This document shows positions 49,782 through 61,648 of a stretch of 64,000 nt of DNA, in pieces. The stretch covers positions 682,001 through 746,000 of the forward strand of contig JADEYG010000012.1 of the NCBI GenBank assembly GCA_016906335.1, read 5' to 3'. The notes below the pieces were generated by a model. That model was not told the DNA's origin. It made no database searches and saw nothing but the letters and a program-made list of their open reading frames with translations. Within the stretch, counting starts at the first letter, position 1; each line of letters opens with the position of its first letter. This DNA is from Novakomyces olei. Its lineage: Eukaryota. The translations under genes were made by a program, and so were the position numbers.

Positions 49782-52080
49782 TCAAGAAGTGCCTGGCTGT
49801 AAAACTTCCAGTAGATCAGCTTCCTCCTGTGCCGTCCACATGGAATAGTAGACGCCATGGTTCTTGAGCAGTTCTGAGTGGCGGCCATGCTCAACTACAG
49901 CGCCGTTCTGCATAACGATAATGTCATCGCTGTCCATTATTGTTCGTAGACGGTGGGCAATGAATATACTCGTCCGATGCGACTCGTGAATGATTTGGTT
50001 AATATTCCTCAACAGCGATTGCTCGGTTGGCGTGTCAAGGGCCGATGTCTACAAATCAGTATTTATAAAGCTGTTGCCCGTTAAACTTACCGCTTCATCG
50101 AAAAAGAGGATAGGACTATCCTTGAGGAGCATTCTGCACACGGCAATCCTCTGCTTTTCACCGCCAGAGATCATAAGGCCACGCTCGCCTACTTGTGTCT
50201 CGTATTGCTGAGGAAACTGGAGAATAGTATGGTGAATGTGAGCACGTTTAGCGGCAGCTTCCACTTCCTCACGAGTAGCATCAATACGTCCATAGCGGAT
50301 ATTGAACTCCACTGTGTCATTGAAAAGAGGAGAGTCCTGTGGGACCATTCCTATAGCTTTCCTGAGACTGTTTACGTCCAAATCGCGAATGTCAGCGCCG
50401 TCTAGCAATATTCTGCCCTGTTCAACATCGTAAAAGCGAAACAAAAGCCGCAAAATAGTCGACTTTCCACATCCACTGTGGCCAACAATAGCCACTTTTT
50501 GACCAGGATTTATAGTGAATGAACAGTTTTTGAGAATAGGCCGCTCAGGCGTGTAGCCAAAGGTGACGTTCTCAAACCGAATCTGACCACCTTCGCCGGA
50601 AGGTTTGAGCACAAGTGGTAAAGCTCCAGGCTTGGTTTTTATGCCTATAGGAATTTTCTGTAAATTAAACATTGTCTCCATATCAATAAGCGACTGGCGC
50701 AACTCCCGATAAACGCTGCCCAAGAAGTTTAGAGGAACGCTGAGCTGGAAAACGAGCTGATTAATCATGACAAGATCGCCTACTGTCATTGTGCCCGCAA
50801 CAATACCTTTGGCTCCCCAGTACATCATTGCAGTCAGTGCCAACGAGAAGATTATATTTTGCCCCGAGTTTAGAAAGGCCAGAGATCTTGCAATATTGAT
50901 AGCAGACTTTTCGTAATCTTTTGCCGCCCGGTCCAGGCGACTCGCCTCAAAGGCCTCATTATTGAAATACTTGACTGCTTCAAAATTAAGCAGTGAGTCT
51001 GTAATTACTTGTGCTGCCCGATTATCCGCATTATTTGCTTGTTTTCGAAACTTTGTGCGCCATGAAGTTGTGACTACAGTGAATATAGAATAGGCAGCCA
51101 CTGTACCCAAGGTCATTAAGGCATACTGTGCGCCAAATTTGTAAGACTAGCCGTTAGAGACATGTAATAAATCAACCAATAAAATGATTCATTAAAATAA
51201 ATTAAATTGCAAAGAAGGGGCAAAGGAATGGGAAAGAAAACAAAAAATATACCAGAATGCCACAGACCATGCTTATTTCCAGGGAAATAGGCAAGATATG
51301 AAACACCATACTAGACAAGACAAAACTGATACCACGCGTGCCCCGGTCGATAGCTCGTGTCAGTCCGCCTGTTTGACGGGAGAGATGGAATCCTAGATCG
51401 AGAGCCAATAAATGCCGATACAATCCATTAGTGACGTCGCGTAATGCAGTCTGTGCCACGTGAGAAAAAACAGCATTTTTCAATTCGGAAAACACAGAGG
51501 CACCAATACGGGCCAGTCCATAGCCCAAAACGCTTGCGCCCGCTACTACAGCCATAGTCTGTCCCATGGACGACGTCGCGTCCACTCCGAGTCCGTCTAC
51601 AATATCTTTAAAATAAAAGGGAACTTGCACATTGAGTAACTTGCCAGCCAACAATAGACTCAGAGACAGTATTACTCTGATTTTAACGCCCCGTTTGTTC
51701 CTTGGCCACACGTACTTTAGCATATTTTTGATTATCTCCAGGTCACTAGTCTTTGCTTTACCCAAGTCGGGCGTACCTGCCACTCTGTCTTTGGCAGCAC
51801 TTATTTCTTTTACTGATTTGCCTTCTCGCGATAACATCGATTCCGCCGTTGGGACGGGTTTGCCTCCGTTTTGTTGCTGCCGCGAATGCACATAATGCAA
51901 AGTCCGTGTCTGCCGCGCACTGATCCATCCACCTCGTCCAACGACGTTCGCTTTGCATTGAGCCAAAATTTGACCGGAAAACGCGAAAGCGTCAATCTGC
52001 TTTGAGCATACACGCGATACAGACGCGTAATACGCGCAGTACGCACTGCGTGGCGCCAGGCGCCACGCCGTGCTATTCAT
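49782..52080 (-). CDS. ATM1: Mitochondrial ABC half-transporter for Fe-S export, 2 introns
   Basis: Presequence, then [25 protein letters not shown], Walker [18 protein letters not shown] and IAHRL. Confidence 0.96.
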
Positions 52081-52172
52081 TGATCGATTAACAATATACT
52101 AAGGCTGCCCAATGTCGAATAATTAGATCTGATAACTCGCTGATAAATTAGTTAAGCAATTATTGATTAAAC

Positions 52173-52312
52173 TGATTAAAATATTAAAATATTAAAATAT
52201 TAAAATATTAAAATATTAAAATATTAAAATATTAAAATAATTAAATAATAAAATAATTAAATAATTAAATTCATTAAATTCATTAAATTCATTAAATTCA
52301 TTAAATTCATTA
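52173..52312. repeat. (ATTAAAAT)n and (TTCATTAAA)n tandem repeats in the ATM1/ZUP1 divergent promoter
   Basis: Read directly from the sequence. Confidence 0.9.
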
Positions 52313-52353
52313 ATAGGATTTGTTTACTCAAACGCGACCCTTGCCGATCAATC

Positions 52354-53685
52354 ATGAGCGGCAATGGCCAAACTTGTCCGGTGTGCGTAGAGTACCGCGA
52401 GGCAGATGTGCAGCTATTGCAAAGGCATGTAAATACTCATTTTGAGCAATCCACTCGGGAAGACCCAAAGAGCGAAAATAGTAAAGGCGAGAGTGACAGG
52501 AAACGAGTGACAGTGGAGATTGTTCGACGCGAACGGGCCGTAAAGTCAGAGGAATCAAACCTTGAAGAATGCTCTAAATGTGGCCAGATTGTGGGGGATA
52601 TGCAGCTGCATCTTGATGAGCATTTTGCTCAAGATCTTTGGACGCGCGATAATGAGCGATTAGCTAAAAGGGCACACAAACAGGCTCTTGAACACGCATT
52701 TGGAAGCTATGCATCTGAAGAGGAAGCGCCAGCAAAAGTGCGACGGCTTATGGAGGCCCCCGTAGATTCTACTGCTAATATTATACAAGCTCTGAAAGTA
52801 GCGTTGATGGTGTGTGAGGAGACAGAGGCATTATGGCTGTGTGGGGATACTTTACACATACGATCTTCGCACCAAACGGGAGATGTTGGCTGGGGCTGCG
52901 GGTACCGGAATATACAGATGCTGGTATCGTTTTTACTTGGGAACGGAAATTGGCCCGCAGAAAAGGGGAAAGGTGTTGAGCATGATACGGGCAAGAATGG
53001 CATAGAGACAGGCAATACAGAGCTTTCATTGCAAAAAGGTTCGGTCCTGGAACAATTGCCCTCACTAAACCATATTCAAAAGCACATTGCTCTCGGCTGG
53101 TCCAAGGGGATAGACGTACAAGGTGCAAAAGACTACAGCAATAAGCTTTTGGGAACACGTAGGTGGATTGGTACAACAGAGGCTTATACGTTTTTCCTTC
53201 AGCAGGGACAAAAGACGGCGATCAAAGCGTTTGAGGGAACAGGTGACAAACAGGCTGCTGAGAAATTACTTCACTATGTCTACGAATACTTCAAGGATGC
53301 TGAGGGTAAAGAGTCGTTGGTAGAGGGTCGAAAGCTTGTCGCCTCTAGTGCATTTCCTTTGTATTTGCAAGTACAAGGCCATTCGTATACAATTGTGGGT
53401 ATAAAACTTGATAGGCTGAACGAGAAACAAGCGCTCCATGAGCGTCTGGAGCTCGTTGTTTTTGATCCTAACAAAAAACCGACGCTAGTCATGAGGGACA
53501 TTGGACTCACCGGTTCTGTCAAAAAGCCCAAAGCCTTACCTGTCATTGTCGCACCATATCTACTAAATCACCTTGAATTATTGACTGCTAAGGAGTTTGA
53601 GCTGCTTCGATGCATTGGATCTCTTACTGATGACGATGATTTTGAAGCCCTCAAGGACCCTACTTTTACCGCTGCTCCGGCATGA
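52354..53685 (+). CDS. ZUFSP/ZUP1/Mug105-family deubiquitinase (peptidase C78) with N-terminal zinc fingers
   Basis: Catalytic-type motifs DVGWGCGYRNIQML, WIGTTE and YLQVQGHSYTIVG...VFDP. N-terminal CPVC..HVNTHF and CSKC..HLDEHF. Confidence 0.88.
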   Translation: MSGNGQTCPVCVEYREADVQLLQRHVNTHFEQSTREDPKSENSKGESDRKRVTVEIVRRERAVKSEESNLEECSKCGQIVGDMQLHLDEHFAQDLWTRDNERLAKRAHKQALEHAFGSYASEEEAPAKVRRLMEAPVDSTANIIQALKVALMVCEETEALWLCGDTLHIRSSHQTGDVGWGCGYRNIQMLVSFLLGNGNWPAEKGKGVEHDTGKNGIETGNTELSLQKGSVLEQLPSLNHIQKHIALGWSKGIDVQGAKDYSNKLLGTRRWIGTTEAYTFFLQQGQKTAIKAFEGTGDKQAAEKLLHYVYEYFKDAEGKESLVEGRKLVASSAFPLYLQVQGHSYTIVGIKLDRLNEKQALHERLELVVFDPNKKPTLVMRDIGLTGSVKKPKALPVIVAPYLLNHLELLTAKEFELLRCIGSLTDDDDFEALKDPTFTAAPA

Positions 53686-53812
53686 GAATGAAATGCAGCT
53701 TTTTTATTTTTCTGCACATATATTCATTATACTCCGTGCCTGCCTGTCAAAGATCACATGGGTTTATACCGTACAACCGGTTGTGCTTCGGAGAAGTCCA
53801 GTAGACATTACA

Positions 53813-54892
53813 TCACGGACTACCTGACTTTTGTCGCTTTGACCTGTGTTCTCCTCCGACCGAGACAGGACTAGCTGCATGCTGCCTCATCATTAACACG
53901 CCTTCTTTGCCATTCGCGGAGCCAATCCGTTTCGGTGGCCGTATGGGCGAGAGTTGGGCATTGGATGGTGGTTGCTTTGATGGGGAAAGCAGTAAAGAAG
54001 GGGCTGGATGCGGGCTCATGCTGCGGCTCATGAGAGGTGATGCTGGACCTGTCACTTTGAAATTACTGGCTGATCGCATAGCCTGCTGCCGGGCTTTTTG
54101 TACAATATTCGTGCCTGGCCCGCCACGTATTTTGCTCGGACGTGCTGTTTTGAGATGAATTGTGCTTTTGGGCGGCTCGGTAAGTGTTTTTATCTGCTTT
54201 TGCGTCTTGCTCGAAGAGATGTTTGAAAATTTCTCACGTAGCCTTGCCGTAGCCGCGTCGAGATTACGCTGCCTTTCATCACGAAGTTTCTGCGTCAGTT
54301 AGAGCTAGGAAATAAATATTCTTGACCAGAGTGATCAATCAAATAAGGCCAGAAATAATTTGAAATAATTAAACCCAATTTTATTCAATTAAATAAAATT
54401 TCATTTCATTTAGTCCAAAACAATCCAGATAATGTATGTCATACGTAGAACAGCTTCCGCCAATCAGTACTAGGCGGCCGTGCAGAGATTTCATGGTTTG
54501 GAAAATCCCGTTTGACAAGTGCCCGCCATATACTGGAAGTACTCTGTTTTAAATGCTTCAAATTAGCTCCGTAAATTTTCAAAAGTCCATACTGGTGAAA
54601 CCTGCTCTAAAGTGTACTGCTTGTTTAGTATGATATGGTTTGAATTATCGTACCAGATGGTCAGGTGGGCAGTTCTCGAGAATCGGTTTGACCAACTCGA
54701 AATCGAGGTCACCGAGGTCGTAGATTCCTGTAATTATATAAATATTTGCCTCTTAAAACCGAAATCAGAACCAAACTACGTACGTGTAACATTGCGAATA
54801 GCACAGTTGATACAGTACCCTTTTAGCTGTAAGAGTTTAGTAGTCGTAATGCACTTTAATTATACCGACTCGAGCCGCCTTCGCCTGTTCAT
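53813..54892 (-). CDS. ELA1: Elongin A-like protein, about 5 introns
   Basis: The spliced product has a BC-box-like ES|LKGYCINCAIRN, then IYDLGDLDFELVKPILENCPPDHL, IWRALVKRDF, DWRKLF and AATARLREKF. Confidence 0.8.
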
Positions 54893-54954
54893 GGCAAATA
54901 CGCTGCGCGTACGCGGCGAGACTGAACCGTTTGCCCTCTTATCGGAAGAGGGAG

Positions 54955-55096
54955 GTCACGTGACTTTAAGGTAATTTAATATATGAAGGAGATTATGGCT
55001 CATTACATGTGCACGAGTCACGTGAAAATCGAACTTTAAAACAGGTCGTCTCATAGTAGACGGACACGTGACTATTTTGTCTCTGCGTCACGTGAC
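54955..55096. promoter_or_regulatory. Cluster of four CACGTG E-boxes (GTCACGTGAC type) in the ELA1/CENP-K divergent promoter
   Basis: Sites at 54955-54964, 55017-55025, 55065-55072 and 55087-55096. Confidence 0.65.
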
Positions 55097-55107
55097 AATA
55101 ACAAACT

Positions 55108-55897
55108 ATGGACGCAGACCTGCTGACGGATCTTGAGGCATACGCGGCTTCGCTACGCGACCGCGTTGGTAAAGTGAGTCTGTGTTTCTACCTGATTGGA
55201 TCTAATGCTCAGTTACGCGATGAAACAAAAGACAGGCCGAAATCAAGCCGGTTACAGGCAGCATTAACAATGCCACCAATGGTCAATGACACTTTTTCCA
55301 AGTTTCCTGGCGACAAAGCCGCATTAAATCAGGCCTTGGCACAAATTAGTCTACAAAATACGATTGCCAGTACTCGAGATTACTGTATAGAGTCGTCTGC
55401 TCGTGTAGAGCAGTTACAGAATGAACTGGAAAGGTACACGGGACTTGTTTCTCACAGCTGACTTGCTAGCGAATCACGATTAACAGCGCGCCTTGCTAGT
55501 CTGGAGAGTGGGCTGGAAAGCCGGGCAGGTTCTACTAAGCAGAGCTTCTCCGCCGAGTTAAGACAGCAAGTCGTGAAAGACGACACCGCTTTTCGTGCTC
55601 TTATGATACAGCTACTTGATATTATAAACTTTGATCTTGCAAACTCTCAGCAATTCTCTATCGGACAAGACGAGCCAGGCAAACTAGACGCCTTTCGCCA
55701 GTTACTAGAGGTAAAATAAGGTTGCAGTACTTCAACTCACAGCCTAGGATCTAATGAACAACGCCATTGAAAACCGCGATCAGTACATTGATGTTGACGG
55801 CAACGCGCCGGAAATTCAGTTTCTCGTCAAAGCCGGAATCGCCAATCTCAATCCGCTTAATGCGCAGCAAATCCGTCTCGTTGACTATCACAAATAA
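55108..55897 (+). CDS. Kinetochore CENP-K (Sim4/Mcm22)-like protein, 3 introns
   Basis: Coiled coil followed by the C-terminus LLE|DLMN...YIDV...IQFLVKAGIANLNPLNAQQIRLVDYHK*, which resembles the CENP-K C-terminal motif from recall. Confidence 0.72.
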
Positions 55898-55939
55898 CTG
55901 TATTTATTTTCTTGGAATTTTGTATTCAATCGAGCAAAC

Positions 55940-57380
55940 CTACTTGCACCTCTTCTCGATGAGCAAACAGCGGTCAGCGCCGACTTCGTCATACTCGCTT
56001 TTTGAAATCCACAGCTGGTGAAAGGTACCCAAGCTAGCAAGAATACTGCCGCCGAGCCAAGAGGCACATTTCCGCTCTACAGTGTTTCCCGAGGCGTGTA
56101 CCTTGATACGCGAGCTCGGGATCAGCTGGGATATTTCAAACTGCAATCGTTCCGAGAACGATGGCAGAAGAGTAGTGCCACCAATAACAACAATGTTATT
56201 GAGCATGCTCGCCCTGAGATCCGGGTCGCAGGCAGCAACGGCCTGTGATACTAGCTGCGGCAGGCCTACTGCGCCTTCCGGCGGAGTAGTGGCAGCATTC
56301 GCGTTGTAAGCCACGCTAGGATTAAACAAAGGCTCACAAAATAAGAATCTCTCTGCCCCAAATGTCTGATGGTATCCGGTAGGGAACTCAAACGCCTTAG
56401 TCGGCCGTTCATTCGCGAGTCTGTTGTACTGTTAGATCAAAAGCCTAAATAACATGCTCCTCGTTACCTTTCCTCATAGGGCGTTTCAAACACCTGACAG
56501 GTACACTCCTTGAATTGGTGCAGTAGCCGGTGCCGCTGCATCAGATCATAGCTCGATGTTATATTTTCCGGGAGCGAACGCTTCAATGTAAATACAGGCG
56601 GCTTTCCCGTCTCCACTTCTGACTTTGACGCAATTTTATACTGCGGTACGAGATCAATATTATTCTGGGTCAAGTAATGTTCAATCATATTGTCCACAAA
56701 ATTGCCAGCAAACCGTTGTTTCATTATGCCTAGAATTAGTAAATAGGACTAAGTTGGAGGACGTTTTAATTTCCAAAAATAATAATAATAATAATTAAGT
56801 AGATAAATAAATAAATCTCAAACAAAATAAAACAAAATTAAAAAGGAAAAATACTTGGAATGGACCCACCTTTGCGCAGCACAATGCCGTCATACACGGG
56901 CGTAACACTCGCCATTTCTGCTCCAACATCCACCACGAGAGCCGACGATTTGCCATTAGCAAAAGCAGAGCAAACACCTTGCTTTGCCAAGTAAAATGCA
57001 GGGACACGAAGCGACTCAAAGGCCACTTCCATAGTACGTTCACGCACCTTTGGCGGGTTCCAGCTCGCTTCTGTCATGAGTAAAGGATGCTCAGTAGTAT
57101 CTGTCCGTAAACGATCGTAGAAACACCATTTCCAAAGCTCTGAACTGGCCTCCCACTCTTCCACAACTCCTTCACGCATTGACTCATGGATTTCCATGCC
57201 GCTACGAGGCACATTTACTGCACTGTCGCCCAGGTAATAGCGCTTTTCATCACGGCCATAGGCTGTCGGAACAAGGCATTTCGGTGTATCCTCGCCTGCA
57301 AAACCGGCACGCGTCCAGCACGAGCCGGGATCAAGCACGAGCGCGGCGATTTCGTCGCCGCCATACACTGGCTGCGCCAT
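55940..57380 (-). CDS. ARP4: Nuclear actin-related protein 4, 2 introns
   Basis: Motifs VYGGDEIAALVLDPGS..TRAGFAGEDTPK, HPLLMTEASWN and SWLGGSILASLGTFHQLWISKSEY. Confidence 0.95.
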
Positions 57381-57555
57381 TGCCGAACAAAAACAAGTAA
57401 ATCGGGTTTGTCAACAAAACTGCACTCTGGCGATTATTGTTTCTTTATGCGTTTTATTACATATTTATTTTGACTTTAGCTTTACAAATATAGCTTCATA
57501 CAACTAATACGGCGTACCAGAAAAGGATCAAGCGTGTTTCTATTATACACGAGTA

Positions 57556-57636
57556 TTTTGCTTCTTTTGCTTATTTTGCTTATTTTGCTTATTTTGCTTA
57601 TTTTGCTTATTTTGCTTATTTTGCTTATTTTGCTTC
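57556..57636. repeat. (TTTTGCTTA)n, about 8-9 copies, in the ARP4/RAM1 divergent promoter
   Basis: Read directly from the sequence. Confidence 0.92.
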
Positions 57637-57910
57637 TTTATATTGTGCTTTTATGTTGTGCTTTATATTTTTTTTTTGGTTTCATACTTGCATATAATAA
57701 ATAAACACTATATATTATTCATACCGCCTCTGCTCATTGACAAACGCATTGACAATACCACAGGTCGCGGCAATCGTCGATAATGGCTGTATATTACGCC
57801 TTTAAAATGCGCTCAACTCAGCCTTGACACCCTTCATCTGCTCAAATTAGAGCCTAAAATTCCCACCGATCGCCAACCAAACTGTACACTTCACCAGCAA
57901 ATCTTTGAGC

Positions 57911-59047
57911 ATGAAAGTACAAGAGGTCAGTACCGTAACAGGGACAGAGCTAGCGGCCGCGGAAACTGGGGCAGAGCTGCGCGAGACAGTACCCACTCGC
58001 CAATTTAATACGGAACTGCATATTCGATATTTGCTGCGTAACTTGGAAGGACAGTTGAGCCCGTCAATGACGGCTCTAGACGCTTCTCGGCCATGGATCT
58101 TGTACTGGCTGCTAAACTCGCTCGCGCTCTTACGCTTTGACGTTACAGTGTACCGTGCCCGCTGCGTGGACATGTTGCGGCATTTTTACCAGGACAGTGG
58201 CGGGTTCGGTGGAGGGTTTATGCAGACGCCACACCTGCTCCCAACTTATGCCTCTGTTCTTTGCTTGGCTCTTGTGGAGGCCGATGCTGACGATTTGGCG
58301 TTTATCGACAGGCGCAAATTACGTGCCTGGCTGCTTAGGTGTAAAAACCCTGACGGTTCTTTCAGAGCGCACGAGGCGGGCGAAGTGGATTCCCGTACTG
58401 TTTATTGTGCCCTCGTTACGGGTCAGCTCACGGGCATTATGGACGACGAGCTGGCAGAGAATTGCAGTGATTGGCTGGCCAAGTGCCAGGCTTTTGATGG
58501 TGGTCTTACTGGCATTCCGGGTGCTGAAGCACATGGAGGCTATTGCTACTGTACTCTAGCAGGTTCCTGCCTCCCACGCTTGCAAAGTAGTATTTTTAAT
58601 CGCAAGGCTTTGCTCTCCTGGCTGTCCCAGAGGCAAACAGAGCATGGCGGGTTTAATGGCCGCACAAACAAGCTGGTTGATGGCTGCTATTCGTGGTGGA
58701 TCGGGGGCTGTGCGCCTCTTGTAAGCCTGACTGGCAGCAAAGAGGAATGGTTCAGCCGTGATGGACTGATTGACTACATTATACACTACGCTCAGGCGCC
58801 TGGTGGAGGGCTTAGGGATAAGCCATCCGCCCGCCCTGATTTCTACCATACTTGCTATGTTGTGCTGGGGCTGGCTGGATCACTTTACAAGTTTAGTGCT
58901 GGTACAGATGGATGCTTTGATATAAAGAGCGAACGGCTGCAGGTGTATAATCATCTGGATTTATTAGCCCCAGATCCTATATTTGCCATACCGCTGGGTA
59001 AAGCACAGCTTTTGGCGTCACGTTTACCAACCTTTGATCCGCGGTGA
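57911..59047 (+). CDS. RAM1: Protein farnesyltransferase beta subunit, intronless
   Basis: Motifs LDASRPWILYW, EAHGGY, GRTNKLVDGCYSWW and LRDKP...DFYHTCY. Confidence 0.93.
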   Translation: MKVQEVSTVTGTELAAAETGAELRETVPTRQFNTELHIRYLLRNLEGQLSPSMTALDASRPWILYWLLNSLALLRFDVTVYRARCVDMLRHFYQDSGGFGGGFMQTPHLLPTYASVLCLALVEADADDLAFIDRRKLRAWLLRCKNPDGSFRAHEAGEVDSRTVYCALVTGQLTGIMDDELAENCSDWLAKCQAFDGGLTGIPGAEAHGGYCYCTLAGSCLPRLQSSIFNRKALLSWLSQRQTEHGGFNGRTNKLVDGCYSWWIGGCAPLVSLTGSKEEWFSRDGLIDYIIHYAQAPGGGLRDKPSARPDFYHTCYVVLGLAGSLYKFSAGTDGCFDIKSERLQVYNHLDLLAPDPIFAIPLGKAQLLASRLPTFDPR

Positions 59048-59409
59048 TCTAGTTCACCAGCCCGAAATGACGTGTTTTGATACAAGTAAAATAGCAGCGA
59101 AACTAAAGCATAATTCTCTTTGGTCGGGGTAAATGTTGCAGAAATTACAGCTGAATAATAGCAATAGCATCTTCATCAAGTACTTGTGGCATTTACTGCT
59201 TTTCTCGACAATGAGACCGGACTTTTCTTTCCCAAGCTACTGTGAAATGAAACCGATTTTAAATCGCTACAGTTTACTTTGTATATTATTGATTTTCACG
59301 CTCAAGTATTTCTCTTATGAATTGATATCAGTCTTCAAGTCTGAGGCAACTATGTATTGGAGGTAACCCCTCCAAGTCTATTAAGCAGAGATAGGGATAG
59401 GACCGCTCG

Positions 59410-61043
59410 CTACTGCGACAATTTGATATCCTCAACGCCTTGCTCGAGAGTCGGTGCATCCTCGTGAGGCTTTTCCGCAGCTGGCGGCTTAGGCGCCTTT
59501 TTCTTTTGCTTCTTCTCTTTCTTGACTATCTCAGGAGGCGGGTATGCCAGCTTTTCAATCTCTTGAAACTCTGAGGATTCGGCAAACTCTTGACGAATTG
59601 GCTGCAGCAGCGAATTTATATAGTCCGAAACACCAATCTTGAGATCTTGTGGTGCCAGCTATGTATTGTTAGTCAGAATTTTTAGATGAAGATTAAAAAG
59701 GTACAAAACTAGAAGAATAAAGGGAAAGGGAAAGCGAGGGTGTAAAACGTGTTTTCGAAATAACAATAAAATAATACAAGGCGATGCCTTATTCTTTATA
59801 TCTACCTTTTCCTCACGAAAATCATTCTCGCATTGTTCATAGCTTTCATAAACGATAGGTCCGCCGTACTTGTCCGGCCGCTCGATACGGAACAAAGGCT
59901 TTTCACTCGTCAACGCACCCACTGGAAACACCACGTATTTTACAAAAGCCAAAAGGCCATTATCCTCGACTTTACCAGCTTCGCAAAAAGCCTTGCTGAT
60001 CTTTTTCTTCACTGTCTTTTCGTCATCGAGAATATCGATCTTGTTGTCTGCGCCTAAAGAGGCCGACATTTTCCCTCCAGCAAGGCCCGGGACCATTGGG
60101 TTCATGAGATGTGCACGTTTCCTATACCCCAATTGCGGCAAATAATCCTGAGCGAGTACAAAAATTTTTCGCTGATCAACACCGCCAAACTGTGCGTCTA
60201 CGCCTAAATGCTCTTCATCGAGCGCCTGCATACCGGGATAAAGAAGGCCAGAGATCAATGGAGAATCGACCTGCTTCACTACCTCGGCACCAGCCTTGCG
60301 AGCGTCGCGCTCTGTGACAAGAGCACAAAGCCGAAAATTGTCTTGTGTATAGTCTCTCGAGTACTGGTAGTCTGAGCCAATTACAAAACGTAGCTTATCC
60401 AGTGGAACACCGATAACACGCAGCATTGCACGAATAACAAAGGCGTAGTACTTTACACGGTACTGAACCAGCTCCCAGGGTGCCTTCATGTTATCCAAGA
60501 AAGCATGAATATCCGCCAACAAAATCGTGACCTGTCCACGTGTTAATGACTAATGTCGCCCAGAATCGCTTACCTCCACATCAGCTTTGAGAAAATCGGC
60601 CAGTTTGGTCATAGGCACCCAGTAGCCTTGGTACGATTAGAACATGATACTCAAAAGGCACTCTTTGGCCAAAGTGTCTGTGTAATACGTAGGAACGGAA
60701 ACCAGATACAAAGATAAATAATAAACTAAAAATCTTATTTAATCGTATTTAATCGTATTTAATTGTCGTTATTTGAAAGCTCAAAGACTTTGAAATCGTG
60801 CAAACATACCACAATGTACGCGGCCAGTAGGAGCACTTCCCCAGTAAAGCTTCAAATCACGCTCCTTGAGGACATTGTGCAGGATATCGGCGCCCAGAAT
60901 TTCTTCATATCATTAGTTTAAATTCGTTTGGTTGGAAGGATATAAAGTACCCTGTAAATTCCGAGTGATAAGCTCATATTTCTCCTCTTCCGTCGTTAGT
61001 CGATTTGTCTTTTCGAAAAATACTCACCCGCGCTCAGCGTCAT
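59410..61043 (-). CDS. TYS1: Cytoplasmic tyrosyl-tRNA synthetase, 5 introns
   Basis: Motifs [48 protein letters not shown] and GGKMSAS. Confidence 0.96.
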
Positions 61044-61648
61044 TGCTTCGGCAGTGAACTGGAAACTGTTCCAGTGGACCTCGATTGAATATCTATTTTT
61101 ATTTATTTATTATTTATTTTTTAATTTTTTTTTAATTTTTTAATTTTTTAATTTTTTAATTTTTAATTATCTCTTATCTGTATTATACTATGTATGATAA
61201 ATTGCCATTTTACCTACGGGGAATCAATGATTATAAAGCCACATTAAAACATTCGAAGGGTAATGATTGAAATTCACATGTATTTTACGCTCAAGTTCCA
61301 GCGTATATTCATGTACGTGTAAACTTTATCTGTACTTGTTTAATGTTTTATTTTCGCTTCAATTGTTCCGTAGTCCCTTCCAATATAGAATTGCGTTAAA
61401 AACTAATGTATAGGCAAGCTACCTTCCACCGTACATTAATTATCCATAAAAACAACGACATATCAGCCATATAATCTCCCTTTTCCAGTTTATTATATTA
61501 TATTAATCTATGGCTTCGCTTACACAAGTTGTATCAGTACTACGACTCGGCTAATGAGAAACTTGGCAGTATAGCGATCGTAAGCGCAGTGTACAACGAA
61601 GGCGGCCAATTCCTCATAACCCTGGCAGCTGTGACTGCGCACCGCCGC

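Noticed and set aside
44973..52080. NRPS-like secondary metabolite cluster (A-T-R enzyme plus ABC transporter)
   Set aside because: The genes are primary-metabolism LYS2 and mitochondrial ATM1, with no tailoring enzymes nearby.
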